Source: Squalus acanthias
Taxonomy: Eukaryota
Direction: 5' to 3'
NCBI GenBank assembly: GCA_030390025.1
Contig: CM059425.1
Span: 175,958,001-176,022,000 of the forward strand
Length of the DNA stretch: 64,000 nt
Positions 35,283-49,981 of the stretch are shown piece by piece (positions within the stretch are counted from its first letter, which is position 1; each line of letters begins with the position of its first letter). The notes under the pieces were generated by a model. It had not been told where the DNA came from. It saw only the letters and a list, made by a program, of their open reading frames with translations, and made no database searches. The translations under genes were made by a program, and so were the position numbers.

Positions 35283-37229
35283 CATATGTTTTTTTGCTTC
35301 GCAAGTACTGAGGAAAATATGTGGGTGGGAACTCAGTGCCGAGCAATGTGCTTAACTCTTGTCATGATCAACAGTGGTAAGGGTACAGCCTGTTGAATGA
35401 AACCCAAAATATGTTAACTGAAGTCAACAGGAACCAGTTAGCATCTGGTTTGCCTCAGACCCAAATATGATAACTTAAAGTTTGTTTCAACAAATTTATT
35501 AATTAGTGATGAGCCCATGGTGGTCATACATTCATTCAAGACTTACCCAAGCCCCTTAACAGTGTATTGACACTTTGGGGTCAATTTTACTCTTGCTGAA
35601 GATTAGAACCTTTTCGGTTTTCGATCAATAACAAATTCACTGACTTACAATCAAAGTGCTAATGTAGCGCTTTTTTTTTACTTTCATCAAGTAATGTATT
35701 TGGTGGCTATAAATTTAGCTGTTCCACTCCGTCTATGCTGAGGTAATGTAAATGAATCACCTTAGCAACTTGGAAATGAGCCACTTAGCATTTACAAATA
35801 AATTGAACATTGTCTCTGTTAGTGGCATGTCCTAAAACTGGTGGGTAAAATAATAATGAGGAAATATGCTTCAGAGGAGGATGGCTAGATCTGCAGTTGA
35901 TCAAATTTTAATATTAGATAAACCATATTTGGCTCCAAGAAAAATGCCTCCCCACGTAGACAACATCATTCAGCCAGAACAGAACAGAAATTTGTTGAAT
36001 TTAGGTCCCTCTTGGGGCCTGATTTTACAGTCTCATTTTTTGCTTCGGCCCCCAAACAAATCTTATTCATGCTTTTTACCCATACATTTTTATATTCGTA
36101 TTTAAGTAATTATCCAATGTCTTTTTTGAATACTGCAGTCAATTCGGCATTGAATGCCAGTTGTGGCAAGACATTTCACATTTCTGATTAATTCTTGCAT
36201 GAAAAAGTCTACAAAGGGCTAGATTTCCTTCAACCAACCAACCAGGTGTGCAACTGGAAGAGGATGACCTTTCCAAAAATCACTGACCTCTGTTTTGGAG
36301 AAGGTGCACGACTCTTTTGATCAGATGCCACAAAGAGATTGTAAGCAATCAAAGTTAGATAATAAATCTCACATTGCCACTAATTAATTACCTGGAAGGT
36401 TGAAGTAAAGTTGAACTCAAATAAAATATAAATGTAATTTAAAAATTAAATTTCATCACTGATGCATGGTGTCCCTTTACAATTCTCTTAAAAATTAATC
36501 AACAATCATTGTTGAATAGCAGAGACATTTATATGGGTAAACGTTATAATTAGTGTTCCCAGTGTAGAGATTCGCTTGATAGGAGAGCTGATTGGATTAT
36601 CGGGCACAGAGGTCAGCGTTCCAGTTCGTGACCTTCCCGATCTTCTGGTCATTAAAATCAACTGGATAATTTGGTGGGGCCACATTCTAGGCGTGATGAT
36701 CTCTAAGCTCAAATTATCCAGCTTTCCCTCCCATTGAGCATGGCTCTGTGCCAAGAAAATGAACTTGGACAATTTTCCTCATCGTGCACAATCAAAAATG
36801 TTCTTCTTCACTGTAAAAATGATCATACTTAATGCACACCTTGGTTTTGGGCCATTTTTGATGCATATGTGTGAACTGAGTGACATAAGGTCCCTGTCTA
36901 GAAGGTGCAAATAGCAAAAATGACCTTGGCTTCTGTCATGTTAAAGTCACTTTGCTTTGGCATAGATATGTTCAATCATTTTACAATTCCTAACAAAAAA
37001 ATATTGTAGTAACTGCTGAGCCAATACTGCATTATGCATTAACTTCCAGCTAGACCCAGGCGATTTATTCAAATCTTATAAATTCTGTTTGAAGGATAAT
37101 GGGGTCTAAATTTAACATTGTTATGACTGTTTTCCAGGCAGGGCAGGATCTTGAGCCCGATCTGCATGGCCTTTTGGGTCACAGTTACATTGGTCAGGGC
37201 CTATTTTAGGTGGCCTCGGTGGCTGCCTT

Positions 37230-37557
37230 AAGTTTTTTGAGGATGTAACTAGCAGGGTAGATAAAGGGGAACCAGTGGATGTAGTATATTTGGATTTCCA
37301 AAAGGCATTCGATAAGGTGACACATAAAAGGTTATTATACAAGATAAGGGCTCCTGGGGTTGGGGGTAATATAGTAGCATGGATAGAGGATTGGTTAATG
37401 GACAGAAAACAGAGAGTAGGGATAAACGGATTTTTTTCAGGTTGGCAGGCTTTAACTAGTGGGGTGCTGCAAGGATCAATGCTGGGGCCTCAGCACCACC
37501 ACTCCCAGATATGTCTCTCTCTTCCTCATCCATCCAGATATGTCAGTCTGTCAGTCA

Positions 37558-37593
<36 letters not shown>

Positions 37594-38628
37594 AATGTGC
37601 TCCCGCCAGGTTTCACATTTGTGGTTCAGAACAGGCGTGCTTCATGTAGAAGGCAACACGGTGGCATAGTGGTTAGCACTGTTGCCTCACAGCACCAGGG
37701 ACCCGGGTTCGAATCCGGCCTCGGGTGACTGTCTGTGTGGAATTTGTACATTCTCCCCGTGTCTGCGTGGGTTTCCTCCGGGTGCTCCGGTTTCCTCCCA
37801 CAGTCCAAAGATGTGCGGGTTAGGTTGATTTGGCTATGATAAATTGACCCTTAGTGTTAGGGGGATTAAATACGTGGGGTTACGGGGATAGGGTGGGATA
37901 TGTGTCGGTGCAGGCTCAATGGGCCGAAATGGCCTCTATCTGCACTGTGGGGATTCTGTGATTTTGTGATTCTGAAGGCAAATGGCATGTTGGCCTTTAT
38001 TGCAAGGCGGTTGGAGTACAAGAGTAAGGAAGTCTTGCTACAATTGTACAGGGCCTTGGTGAGACCACACCTGGAGTACTGTACACAGTTTTGGTCTCCT
38101 TATCTAAGGAAGGATATACTTGCCTTGGAGGTGGTGCAACGAAGGTTCACTAGATTGTTTCCTGGGATGAGAGGGCTGTCCTATGATGAGAGATTGTGTA
38201 GAATGGGCCTATACTCTCTGAAGTTTAGAAGAATGAGAGGTAATCTCATTGAAACGTACAAGATTCTGAAGGGGATTGACAGGGTAGATGCTGAGAGGTT
38301 GTTTCCCCTGGCTGGAGTGTCTAGAACTAGGGGGCATAGTCTGAGGATAAGGGGTAAGCCATTTAAGACTGAGATGAGGAGGAATTTCTTCACTCAGAGG
38401 GTTGTGAATCTTTGGAATTCTCTATCCCAGAGGGCTGTGGATGCTGAATCTTTGAGTATATTCAAGGCGGTGATAGATAGATTTTTGGACTCTAGGGGAA
38501 TCAAGGGATATGGAGATCGGGCGGGAAAGTGGAGTTGAGGTCGATGGTCAGCCATGATCTTATTGAATGGCGGAGCAAGCTTGAGGGGCCGTATGGCCTA
38601 CTCCTGCTCCTATTTCTTATGTTCTTAT
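37230..38628 (+). mobile_element. CR1 RT fragments (37230-37493 and 37974-38628) separated by a microsatellite and a SINE
   Basis: DVVYLDFQKAFDKV and KANGMLAFIAR...GDRAGKWS. Tail TTCTTATGTTCTTATG. Confidence 0.88.
37652..37973 (+). mobile_element. tRNA-derived V-SINE (HE1-like)
   Basis: A-box GGTGGCATAGTGGTTAGC, B-box GGTTCGAATCC, V-domain TCTGCGTGGGTTTCCTCCGGGTGCTCCGGTTTCCTCCCACAGTCCAAAGA, and a CR1-like tail. Confidence 0.88.
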
Positions 38629-40049
38629 GTCCCCTGAGTGGTCTGTCAGTGTGGCATCTTCCTTGTCCTACCTTAGCAGGAAGCCAAGTTGCACCCATAT
38701 TGGTGCAGGCATCCACTGTAAATATTTAAAGTAGCTGAACCCGCCCTGACCTCGGATAGTCCAATGGGGTTAACGGCAAAGGTCACGCGGCAGTGGGATT
38801 CCCATTCCACCACACTTATGGTGGTGGAATAGGACCAAAGATATTCAGCCATAGGATCTGCGCTGATACTCCAGTGCAGTACTGAGCGAGTTTGATTGTT
38901 GGAGCAGCTGTCCTTCAAATAAGACATTAAACTGAAGTCCCGTCTGCCTCTTCAGATGTGCTTTTAAAATCTCCTGGTATTATTCAATGAAGAGCAGGGA
39001 ATTCTCCTGGTGTCCTGATCAGCATTCCTCCATCAACATATACCACTGAAGAAAACAGATTAATTAACCATTTATCTCATTGATGATTGTGGGATTGCTA
39101 TGCACAAACAGCTTTTGTGTTTTCCTACATAACAAGTCACTGCACTTCAAACTAATTCATCTTATGTGAAGTACTTTTAGCCAAAGCACAGACTGAAGTT
39201 GGCATTCACCAGGTCCCTCAGGTACTAACATGAATAAACACTCAGTATCTTTGAGTTCCCCTAGTTCTTTCTGTGCAAAGCCATAATAATGCATGTTGAA
39301 GATGGTGTGTAGAGCAGGCTGGGTTACCAGCTGAGTGCACCAATAGCACAGTATTAGCCTGCAATTTCCTTGGAGCTGCTCCTACTCTAGAGATGTGGCT
39401 GAAAACCCCATTTACAGCAAAGTTACAATGGTGGAATGGGGGCAGTTCAAAGGAAATTCTAACCTCAAATATGACATTTTTTTAAATTGCAATAACATTC
39501 CTAATGGAAGCACAGACTAATAGCATCCTGAATGCATTTTGGTCAAAGCTATAAAAAAATACAGGCCAAGCTTTTCATGCAACGGTGAGATTGGCGGTCT
39601 ACACCGTAAATTTTGCCGTTGATAATTTACTCTGTACTTTCATGCATTTCTAATTAGAATACCCCGCAGTGACCATTTGCGAATCAGAAACGGCGCAGCC
39701 ATTGTTTTCCAGCGGAATATTTTACTCTTGTATAAATCTCTACATATTTTTGTTATAATGTCTGTTTCAGTACATAAATGTCCAAGCATTACACCTTGGT
39801 GCTCTTGTGTGAAATCTGCTTTGTTCTCATGTTGCACCTTTTTCGAGTAGTATTTCAAAATTGTTCATACACATTTAAACATACAACGTTAAAATATTTT
39901 TTGAAGTATAAATGGTTTCCTCAATCAGTTGTGACTAATGGTAATGGGAATCATCATTTAAAATTAAAACAATGTTAAGTGTTATCCTTCTCTGCACATT
40001 GTAACTGAACACTTCAAAAATACTTGTCATCTTCAAGTATTGTCTTTTT

Positions 40050-40830
40050 AACATTCGCGCCACAGAAGTGCCAGGCAATGACTATTTCCAACAAGCGAGA
40101 GTCTAACCGCCGCCCCTTGACATTCAACAGCATTACCATTGCCAAATCCCCCACCATCAACATCCTGGGGGTCACCATTGACCAGAAACTTAACTGGACC
40201 AACCACATAAATACTGTGGCAACAAGAGCAGGTCAGAGGCTGGGTATTCTGCAGCGAGTGTCTCACCTCCTGACTCCCCAAAGCCTTTCCACCATCTACA
40301 AGGCACAAGTCAGGAGTGTGATGGAATACTCTCCACTTGCCTGGATCAGTGCAGCTCCAACAACACTCAAGAAGCTCAACACCATCCAAGACAAAGCAGC
40401 CCGCTTGATTGGCAACCCATCCACCACCTTAAACATTCACTCCCTCCACCACCGGCGTACTGTGTGCAGTGTAAACCATCTACACGATGCACTGCAGCAA
40501 CTCACCAAGGCATCTTTGGCAGCACCTCCCAAACCCACAACCTCTACCACCTAGAAGGACAAGGGCAGCAGGCACATGAGAACACCACCACCTCCAAGTT
40601 CCCCTCCAAGTCACACACCATTATGACTTGGAAGTATATCGCCATTCCTTCATCATCGTTGGGTCAAAATCCTGGAACTCCCTCCCTAACAGCACTGTGG
40701 GAGTACCTTCACCACACGGACTGTAGTGTTTCAAGAAGGTGGCTCACCACCACCGTCTCAAGGACATCTAGGGATGGGCAATAACTGCTGGCCTTGCCAG
40801 CGACGCCCACATCCCATGAATGAAAAATAA
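40050..40830 (+). mobile_element. Family-2 LINE 3' fragment
   Basis: TFAPQKCQAMTISNKR...MEYSPLAW. Reverse complement of 57900-58650. Confidence 0.88.
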
Positions 40831-42065
40831 AACAAATATTATAGATCCTTTCTGATAATCATAGAATCATATGGCACAGAAGGAGGCCAATCAGCCCATT
40901 GAGCCTGTGCCAGCTCTTTGAAAGTACTATCCAATTAATCCCAGATAAATATCAATGTTACCCTAAAGACACTGTAAAAGCCACGGCTGCCTGAAGGACT
41001 AGTGAGTAGAGTTACTGTTAATCCAGAATTCACAGATAAAATCCAGTTCACTTCATTGCTGTTGAATGATGACCTTTTTAAGACAGGATGTAGGTAGGTG
41101 TAGGGGTAAATATGCCCTCATTGTCTTGTCTTCTCTTGTCTTGTCTTGGTTGAGTCGGCACATGCAGTCTAGCTGTAATCCACCAATATTTTGGCCAGGG
41201 CACCGGCGATAACTCCCCTGCTCTTCTTCGAAATAGTGCCATGGGATCTTTTACGTCCACCTGAGGTTTAATATCCCATCTGAAAGACAGATTAATAATC
41301 CAGAAAATCATCTTCAACTACTAGTGGCACAATCTCTGGCACTGTCTCCTTGCCAACGAAAGGAAATGAATTTGTTTTCAATGGAAAATAAAATGCTTAA
41401 TTAACATTCCTTCAGAGCCGACCTGCACCAGTTCATAATTTAGTTCGTCTTATCTATTACAAAACAGAGCAGGAACAACACAGACAGTGAAACATCTATA
41501 ATAAGTAAAGTTTTAATGCTGCAGCTCATGTCTGATAGACGTATGGCAACAATAAGTAAGAACAAGAGCCGCACAGAGTGCTTGGATTCACAGACCTTCC
41601 TAGCCCATCAGATCTCGTCCATTTTTAACTCAGCGTCTGACAAGTATAAGTCTGTTCTGCATTTCATTCTGTGGTTTCTGCCCCTTTCCTTATCAGTGTG
41701 CCTGCAGCGGCAACAAACCCAACGTAATTTAAGGAAATTTGCCATTGCCGCTGCTTTGATTGAGGGGCGGAGCTATGATAATTAATACCATTTTCGGCTG
41801 ACAGTAAAGCAGCGCAGAAGTCCCAGGAAAATATGGAGTTGCATAATTAATAATGCAAGTCACTTATTCCATAAATTCCTCTTCCTTTTGTGCTGTTCAG
41901 GTTAGTTGCTGATTGATTTCGTCTGGCTGTTGCTACAACTGTACAAGTGTTTGGTAGCTTCTAGAGTTCTTTAAAGTTGCTAAAGTCAACAGGGAGGGTG
42001 TGGAAGGTGCTGAAGGACTTTGTCCTGACTTGAAGGCTTTGGCACAAACCAGTTGCTCCCAGACA

Positions 42066-43223
42066 TTAGTAGGAATTGCCTTGGAATACAGCATGAGCTG
42101 GAGAATGAACAGAGGGCAGGCAGAGCAGGACAAGCTGCTGGAAGAGGGAGGAGGGGGAGAAGGGCTCTCAGCTGGAGGCCACAGCTGCCCAGGGTGTTCA
42201 GGGAGCAATTCACCTACCTGAACCTCAGTGAGGAACAGTGTGAGATGTCTGCGCTTCAGTAAGGACATCCTCACTGAAATCTGCCACCTGCTGCTGCCAC
42301 AACTGCAACCTCAGAGCAAGGAGAGGACCGCATTTCCTGTGGCTATGAAGGTGACCGTGGCCATGAACCTACATGTGTCGGGCTGCTTCCAGGCTGGAGC
42401 AGGAGATATTTGCAACATCTTTCAGTGTGCCATCCACTGTTGCATAAGGGAGGTCACTGAGGCTCTGTATCCCAAGAGAGCTGACTACATTTCATTCTCT
42501 CTTGCCAGAGAGCAGCAGGCGGAGCAAGCATGCAGCTTTGTGAGGATTGCAGGCTTCCCCATGGTGCAGGGTACCATTGACTGCATGCACATTACTTTGC
42601 GGGTGCCATATGTCAACTCTGAGATGTACTGCAACTGAAAGGGATTCCACTCCCTCAACATCCAGCTGGTGTGTGACCATATGCAGCGAATCATGCAGGT
42701 CAATGCCCGGTATCCTGCCAGCAGTCATGATGCCTTCATTCTGCGACAGTCCCCTGTGCCAGCTGCATTTGAGCTACCACGACAAACCAAAGGGTGGCTA
42801 CTGGGCGACAAGGGCTATCCATTGACAACATGGCTCATGACTCCGATGCACAACCCACAGACACGTAGGCAGCAGGCATTCAACTAAAGCCATGCTGCCA
42901 CATGAAATGTCATAGAGCACACCATTGGCGCACTGAAACAACGCTTCCGCTGCCTGGACCATTCTGGAGGAGCCCTGCAGTACTCAGCAGAGTTGGTGCC
43001 AAGATTCATGGTGGTCAGCTACATGCTGCACAACCTCGCCATCATGGGCGCACAACCCCTGCCACCAGCTATACGACGAGCAGCTGAGAAGCAGGAGGAG
43101 GAGGATCAGGAGGAGAATGAGCAGGAGGAGGAGTTGGAGGAAGAGGAAGGGAGGCGGCAATCTAAACAGCCCTTTTCTGGCCAGGCTGTCCATGAACGAC
43201 TCATCCGACTGTGATACCAGTAA
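42066..43223 (+). pseudogene. Harbinger transposase pseudogene
   Basis: GTIDCMH, YPASSHDA, LLGDKGY and MLHN motifs, with several stops and frameshifts relative to 15979-17139. Confidence 0.9.
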
Positions 43224-44149
43224 TCGCAACCCCACTTCCCCATTCACCAACAGTCCCACACCTTACCTTCCCTCTGTTACTGACCATCACAGTGGCCACC
43301 TTACAATGGGTATGCACAATGAAATGCTTGGTGCATTGGCTTGGCCACAATGCAAAAATTAAAGCCAACACAAAATAAACATTCAAAACCAAATTTATAA
43401 ATCAGACCATGCTATACTGCATACAAACATCAATTAATCACACTTGTGCATTCCCTTAGTGTCTGTCATCCGTGTGCCTTTGCCTGTCCTAGTGCTCCTA
43501 CACAGTACTACCTCAGCTGGGGGGAGACTGCAGATGGCCTTGGCAGATGACCTCGAGCAGCTCTGGGCCTAGAAGTCCTGGCTTTGGACTGCACCATCTC
43601 GGCATGGGCGGCAGCAGTCTGGGCTGGCTGGCTGACAGGCAACAGCAAGGGCACTGGCGGAGTGGCAGTGGTGGAAGGATGAATACTGTCGTCTTGAGAC
43701 AAGACAGCAGGTTTGTGCTCCACGGAGCCACTGCCACTCCCTTGGGGTGCCACCTCAGCAATCCTAGTAATATGATGGAGGACAGATTGCTGGACTGCTG
43801 TGACACCCTGCAAGCCCCTTTGAACATTGGTATCTGCAGCCAAGATGGCAGCAAGCTGATCTTGCATGACAGAAGTCTGAGCTTCCATTGTAGCACCCAG
43901 ACATTAGGTGGCTTCTGCTTGTGCTGCAATGGATGCTGAGACATCGGCCATCAGATGCTGCATCATGGTTGGGTCCACAAGTGTGCTAATGGAGTTGGCC
44001 ACCACTTCCACGCTGGAAAGGGTGGGCTCCAAGCTCTGCGCAAAGCCCTGTGTCAAAGTCATGCTGGACTCCTCTATATGCCTTGACATTGCACGCAGGC
44101 TTTCTGGCAGGCGTGCCAATGCACCAAGCATTTCATTATGCCTACCCAT

Positions 44150-44848
44150 TGTAAGGAAATCTCTTTAAACTCAACTAAATGATTCCTTGTGGTTCAGGCT
44201 CAAGCGTATTGCCCAAATGTAAGTTTATTACTCAGATACCAGTAGTATAATAACTATTACGTTATACAATAGACTCATACAACCTGCTTTCCTGCAGACC
44301 CAAGGTGATCAAGCTTGGCTTCCATAGCTGTTGGACTCCCGACTGTCTCGTGAGCTCTAACTACAAGAAGGCTGCTACTTGTTATTATGTTTCCCTCTTT
44401 TACTTATCTGTCACATGTCCAACAAGACCTTCCAGGCATCCTTAAAGAATCTTCCCCTTTAATGTGAGGCATATCACATGATGCCCAGAATGTATATTGA
44501 AGCAAGGTCCCTTCTCACCAAACCTCCAGACCTTGACATAATAGCCATCAATTTAATGTTAATCAATTTAACCTGATGTTTCCTGTCTGACATTACAAAG
44601 GAACAGAAGATGACCTGGACAATCGCAGATAGTTAATGTGACCTTGCTAATGTGTTAGCTTCGGTGCCTTCATTGTTCTGGCAAATCCGATATTAGCACC
44701 TCACATGGGATGTTGCCGACCCATATGCTTGTTCCTACTCCCCCATTGTCCTGACTAATCTCTAATATTAGCATATCCTAATTGGACAATGACCTGAGAT
44801 GTTATGATTAACTTTGATGGGACACTGGACACAAAGCAAATTCTAACA
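44150..44848 (-). mobile_element. Solo LTR (699 bp) inserted in the Myb last exon of Harbinger D
   Basis: TGTAAG...CTAACA termini. CCCAT TSD at 44145-44149 and 44849-44853. AATAAA on minus near 44224. Absent from paralog A. Confidence 0.85.
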
Positions 44849-47800
44849 CCCATCAGCCTTGTTCAGTAGCCCACCCCATCGAAGTCCTCATCTGAGTCCT
44901 CTACAGCAGAACTCTTGTGCAACTTCAGCCTCTGTTGAGCTGGCACCTGCGCTACCCTTTCCCCCTGTCCTGGCTGCAGGCCACTGTGCCTGGTGTCTCA
45001 CCATGTGCAGATCCCACCTCTAATCTATCCTCTAAATTACACGCTGTGTCAGTTTCTGAGCTGGTGGCCGCAAGTGTGAGATTAAGTGATGGTGTTTCTT
45101 CCTCATCACTGTCTTCTTGCTCTTCCAACTGTTGTTCTTCCACCACTGCCTAGCCAGTTTGCAGTTCTTGGGTATCTGCAAGGAGAAAGGCACAAGGGTA
45201 GGGTTACGGTGTGGGGGGTGGAAGTAAGATGTGCATGCTTACACCATCTGTAGGTTGTAAATCAGAAGAGATTGTGAGATGAGCGGGAAGTGGGATGTGA
45301 GAAGGAGGATTAGGTATGGCGATACCGTTATCTTCGATTGTTTCCAGCCCCACCACTGGCCACGGCATCAGCAATGGCTGCTCCAATAATAGCCAGCACC
45401 GTCTCCTCCATGGGGGTAAGGATATTGAGCTGCGCCTGTCTCCCGCCAGTTAGTTCCTGCTGCCTCCGGTTATGCGCCAACTTGTCCTGAGAGAGAGAGG
45501 GAAGTGTGTCAGTGAATGCGGTGCAATTACTTTGGGTGATGTGGCTGTCATGGTTGAATAGCTGGCAGTGTGTATAAGCTGTGAGATGTAGGCTTGCAGC
45601 AGTGCTATGTGTGAGGGTGAGGTGAAGCAATGAATGTTAGGGATGAGTCATGATTGATAGAGATTGTTGGTAGGTGAGTGATTGGGGGTGTGTTGCATTG
45701 AGCAGTGTGTAAGGTTAGTGGTGCAGTGGGTGGGATATGGCATTTGAAGATGAATTCACTGACCTTAACCACTCGTGCGAGGTCATTAAACTTTTTGTGG
45801 AACTGCATCCAGGTCCTCAGGGCTTGACTCCTGGCATTGACCGTCACGGCTATCTGGTCCCACTGCCTTCACAAAGTTTGTTTGGAGGGCATGCTGGTCC
45901 TTTTTGGATAGAGTACATATCTCCTCCTCTCCACCTTCTCCACCAAGGTCTCCAGAGCAACGTTGGAAAATCTTGGAGCCTGCTCTCTCTCCCCTGTTGT
46001 GCCATTCTTCCAGGTCAGAATGACTTCCACTGCCACTTCCAGCACCTGCTCAAGCCACAATGCACCTTCCCTTTAAGAGGTGCAGGCTGGCGTTAAGTAG
46101 TGCAGGTTCGCTTTAAGTGGTGCTCGCCTCACACAATCTTGGGCTCCCTGCTGATGCGTTCAGACACTCAACAGCGCGTTTACCGCTGGCTGCACGCAAC
46201 AATCATGTAGATTAGCAGGCAGCATGAAGTCGGCGTGCTGCCTGCATTGGAAGCAATGGGTGCGGGTCAATCACGCATCACAATCCCTGTGCCTGATTTT
46301 GGGGGCTACTGAATTTAGCCCCCACTATGTTATGTTCTATTTATTTATGGTACATAATGTAGTTTGCAATTTAATCTCAGGTTTCTCTAGAATAAAAACT
46401 CTGTTTTCCTTAATTGTCAATTTATGTTTTATCATTCAGTTATTACCATGGAAACCAGTACAGGGCCCTTTATGTAATGACTCCAGTTAGCATGTGGGTG
46501 GCAGACTGAGGCAACAGAATGCTTTCAGCTCTCAGAGGTCATTGTAGGATAAAAATTTCCAATCTTAAAAGCACAGTTACATATCCACTTCCACCAAAAG
46601 CGAAGGGGAGCAGAATGTACATCTCTACTCTCACCTTTTTTGTTAAAAGTACGGACGATGTTTAAGGAAATTAAGTGCTCTAACCTTGTAACTAATGTTA
46701 CATACTGGACCGCCATTCTGTGTTAGATTAAGTACAGTATGAAATGATAGCTATCCCACAGGAGATACTGGCTCACCAGCTGATGAGGCTCAGACATTAT
46801 TGATTGGAGACTAATCATATTCACCAGCAGCATCTTCCATCATTTTTATTAACACCATTCCTCTTGTGGTTAATCATGGCTACCACCACTGTCGCTGTCC
46901 CATCTGCCAGTGCTGCAACAAATAAAGACCCAGTGGAATCCATGAATTCCCTGTTAACTCTGCAGAGGCTATTCCAACTTAATTCCCACATTTATATATT
47001 TAAATGGTCTTTTCGGTAAAAGTCTTTAAAAGTCTGATTAAAATACTATCAACATTATCTATAGGCAAATCCAATGGAACCCAATCTGTTGTTAAATCCT
47101 GTCCTTATTTTATATCGATATACATTATAAACAGGTATGCATATCGTACAATTATTACTTAGAAGAAATTGCACAGAAGAAATTCGGGCACGCCTATTTT
47201 CGGGCATGCAGGGTGGGGGGGGGGGTGGGTGGGGTGCAGAGTACAATCCCTGCGCCTGAATGTTGAGGCCCCAGGGGCCCCCGATATTGGTCCTCATTTC
47301 CATGGAGCTGGCGAAGCATAAGTGAGGATCGGGCCACTGCTGGCGTCACAGCATTCCTCAGGTATATGAGGAAGGGTGGGCAATCAGGTCGTGGTGGGGG
47401 GGGGTGGGGGAGGGTGTGCTGGGGACGATCAGTGGCCAGGGAGGAGGTAGCAATGGCTGGGAAGGAAAGATAGCAGATAGCGGTGGCTGAGAGGGAGGAA
47501 GTGGTTGCCTGGAGGGGCAAGGATCGGTGGCCAGCTGGGGGCGGGGGGTGGGGGTGGGGGGGGGGGGGGGGTGGTGGGAGGGTGGGTGGTGGTGTTGGGG
47601 GGAAGAATAACCTGTTTTTTTTTAATGTGGGCTCCACAGTTAGGTAATTATGGGGGCCTTCCTGCTGGTTAGCGGCACAGTGCTGTTTGAGTTCAACACG
47701 AGGCATGTGAAGTGCTGTGGTGTTTGAAAATTGAGAACGGGCCCTGCAGGATGCGCAGGACCCTAATTTGAATAAATTATTCTTCCCTTTAAATATTCTT

Positions 47801-49981
47801 GACGTGTGCTCCTGCCACCAGTGCATCTACCTTATCCAATATGGTGGGTAGCGCAGTTCCTGCCCGCCATATTAGGCACTACATAACAACACTGAATGCG
47901 CTTCAAAAATAATTCACTAATTGTGAAGCTCTGAGGACATGAAAGGTGCAAGGTAAATAAAACTTGAAGACTACTTTTATATATATTGATGTTCACACTG
48001 TGACATACGAAACTAGATGAAAATTGTTACATTTGATTCAGTATGCACTGCAGTTGTTTTTTCCAAAACCCAAATATATTTAATCATTTTGCTATACTGT
48101 GCACATCATTTAACATAACCTGGAAAATGTTGCTAGAGTTAAGCCTATTGCTGGCAGTACTTCAGCATTGCTATATTTTAATTTGGTGAATTTGCAAACT
48201 AAAATAATTTAAATAATTCTCTGTTCCACTCCGACTCTGACCTCTCTAGGTGTTTTCTGGCCCTCTGACCTTAACATTGACTAAAAAAAGAAAAAGAAAG
48301 AAAGACTGACAACTTCAGACCTTATCTACAGTTCCTGTTTTCTCTCTGGCAATAGGTGCTGAGATGGGTGTGCCAGCCTTTCACCTGAAAAACGGGTGGC
48401 CAGAAATTGAAGATCAGGGGAGGGGCACCTTGACCTCTCCGTTAACTCAGGGCCGCCTAATGCAATTTAACAACATAAGAAATAGGAGCAGGAGTAGGCC
48501 ATATGGCCCCTCGAGCCTGCTCTGCCATTCAATAAGATCATGGCTGATCATCAACATCAACTCTACTTTCTCACCCAATCTCCATATCCCTTGATTCCCC
48601 TAGAGTCCAAAAATCTATCTATCTCAGCCTTGAATATACTCAAAGACTCAGCATTCGCAGCCCTCTGGGGCAGAGAATTCCAAAGATTCACAACCCTCGG
48701 AGTTAAGAAATTCCTCCTCATCTCGGTCTTAAATGGCCTACCCCTTATCCTGAGACTATGCCCCCTAGTTCGAGACACTCCAGCCAGGGGAAACAACCTC
48801 TCAGCATCTACCAGAGAGTATAGGCCCATTCTACACAATCTCTCATCATAGGACAGCCCTCTCATCCCATGAATCAATCTAGTGAACCTTCGTTGCACCG
48901 CCTCCAAGGCAAGTATATCCTTCCTTAGATAAGGAGACCAAAACTGTGCACAGTACTCCAGTTGTGGCCTCACCAAGGCCCTGTACAATTGTAGCAAGAC
49001 TTCCTCACTCTTATACTCCAACCCCCTTGCAATAAAGGCCAACATGCCATTTGCCTTCCTTATTGCTTGCTGTACCTACATGCTAGCTATCTCTGTTTCT
49101 TGCACGAGGACACCCAAATCTCTCCGAACACCAACATTTAAAAGTTTCTCACCATTTAAAAAATATTCTGTTTTTCTATTCTTCCTACCAAAGTTAATAA
49201 CCTCACATTTCCCTACATTATACTCCATCTGCCACCTTACTGCCCACTTACTTAGTCTATCTAGATCCCTTTGCAGACCCTTTGTGTTCTCCTCACAGCT
49301 TACTGTCCCACCTAGCTTTGTATCATCAGCAAACTTGGATACATTACACTTGGTCCCTTCATCTAGGTCATTAATATAGATTGTAAATAGCTGAGGCTCC
49401 AACACGGATCCTTGCAGCACCCCACTAGTTACAGCCTGCCAACCTGAAAAAGATCCATTTATCCCTACTCTCTGTTTTCTGTCCATTAACCAATCCTCTA
49501 TCCATGCTATTATATTAACCCCAACCCCATGAGCCCTTATCTTGTGTAATAACCTTTTATGTGGCACCTTATCGAATGCCTTTTGGAATTCCAAATATAC
49601 TACATCTTGCATTTTTTTGATATTTATAAATGACCTGGATATTGGAATACAGAGTAGAATTTCTAAATTTGCCGATGACATCAAACCTGGGGGTGTGGCA
49701 AATAGTGAGGATGATACCAATCGGCTGCAACACGACATAAAAAGCCTAGTAGAATGGGTAGACAAGTGGCAGATGGAATTTAATACGGAGAAGTGTGAGG
49801 TGATGCATTTTGGCAGAAGGAACAGGAGTGGCAATATACACTTAATGGCACAGTTTTAAAGAGTGTGCTGGGACAGAGGGACCTGGGAGTTAATGTGCAT
49901 AGGTCCCTGAAGGTGGCAGGACATACTGAGAGAGTGGTTAGCAAAGCATATGGGACCTTGGGCTTCATAAATAGAGGTATT

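Larger units (their letters stand above)
41898..46323. mobile_element. Decayed Harbinger 'D' (same family as A); left TIR not found
   Basis: Right TIR AATTTAGCCCCC ends at 46323 and is the reverse complement of A's left TIR. Full-length but disrupted transposase on plus and Myb gene on minus (ATG about 46005 to about 43440). Confidence 0.85.

Noticed and set aside
34386..36772. Possible host exons (ORFs 34386-34601 and 36506-36772)
   Set aside because: No recognisable domain or consistent splice pair. A host intron context cannot be excluded without RNA data.
37652..37730. tRNA gene
   Set aside because: The A and B boxes continue directly into a V-domain and LINE tail, so this is a SINE head.
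41516..41900. 89-aa ORF and GGGGCGGAG box as a host exon or promoter
   Set aside because: A single short motif, no CpG island and no homology recognised.
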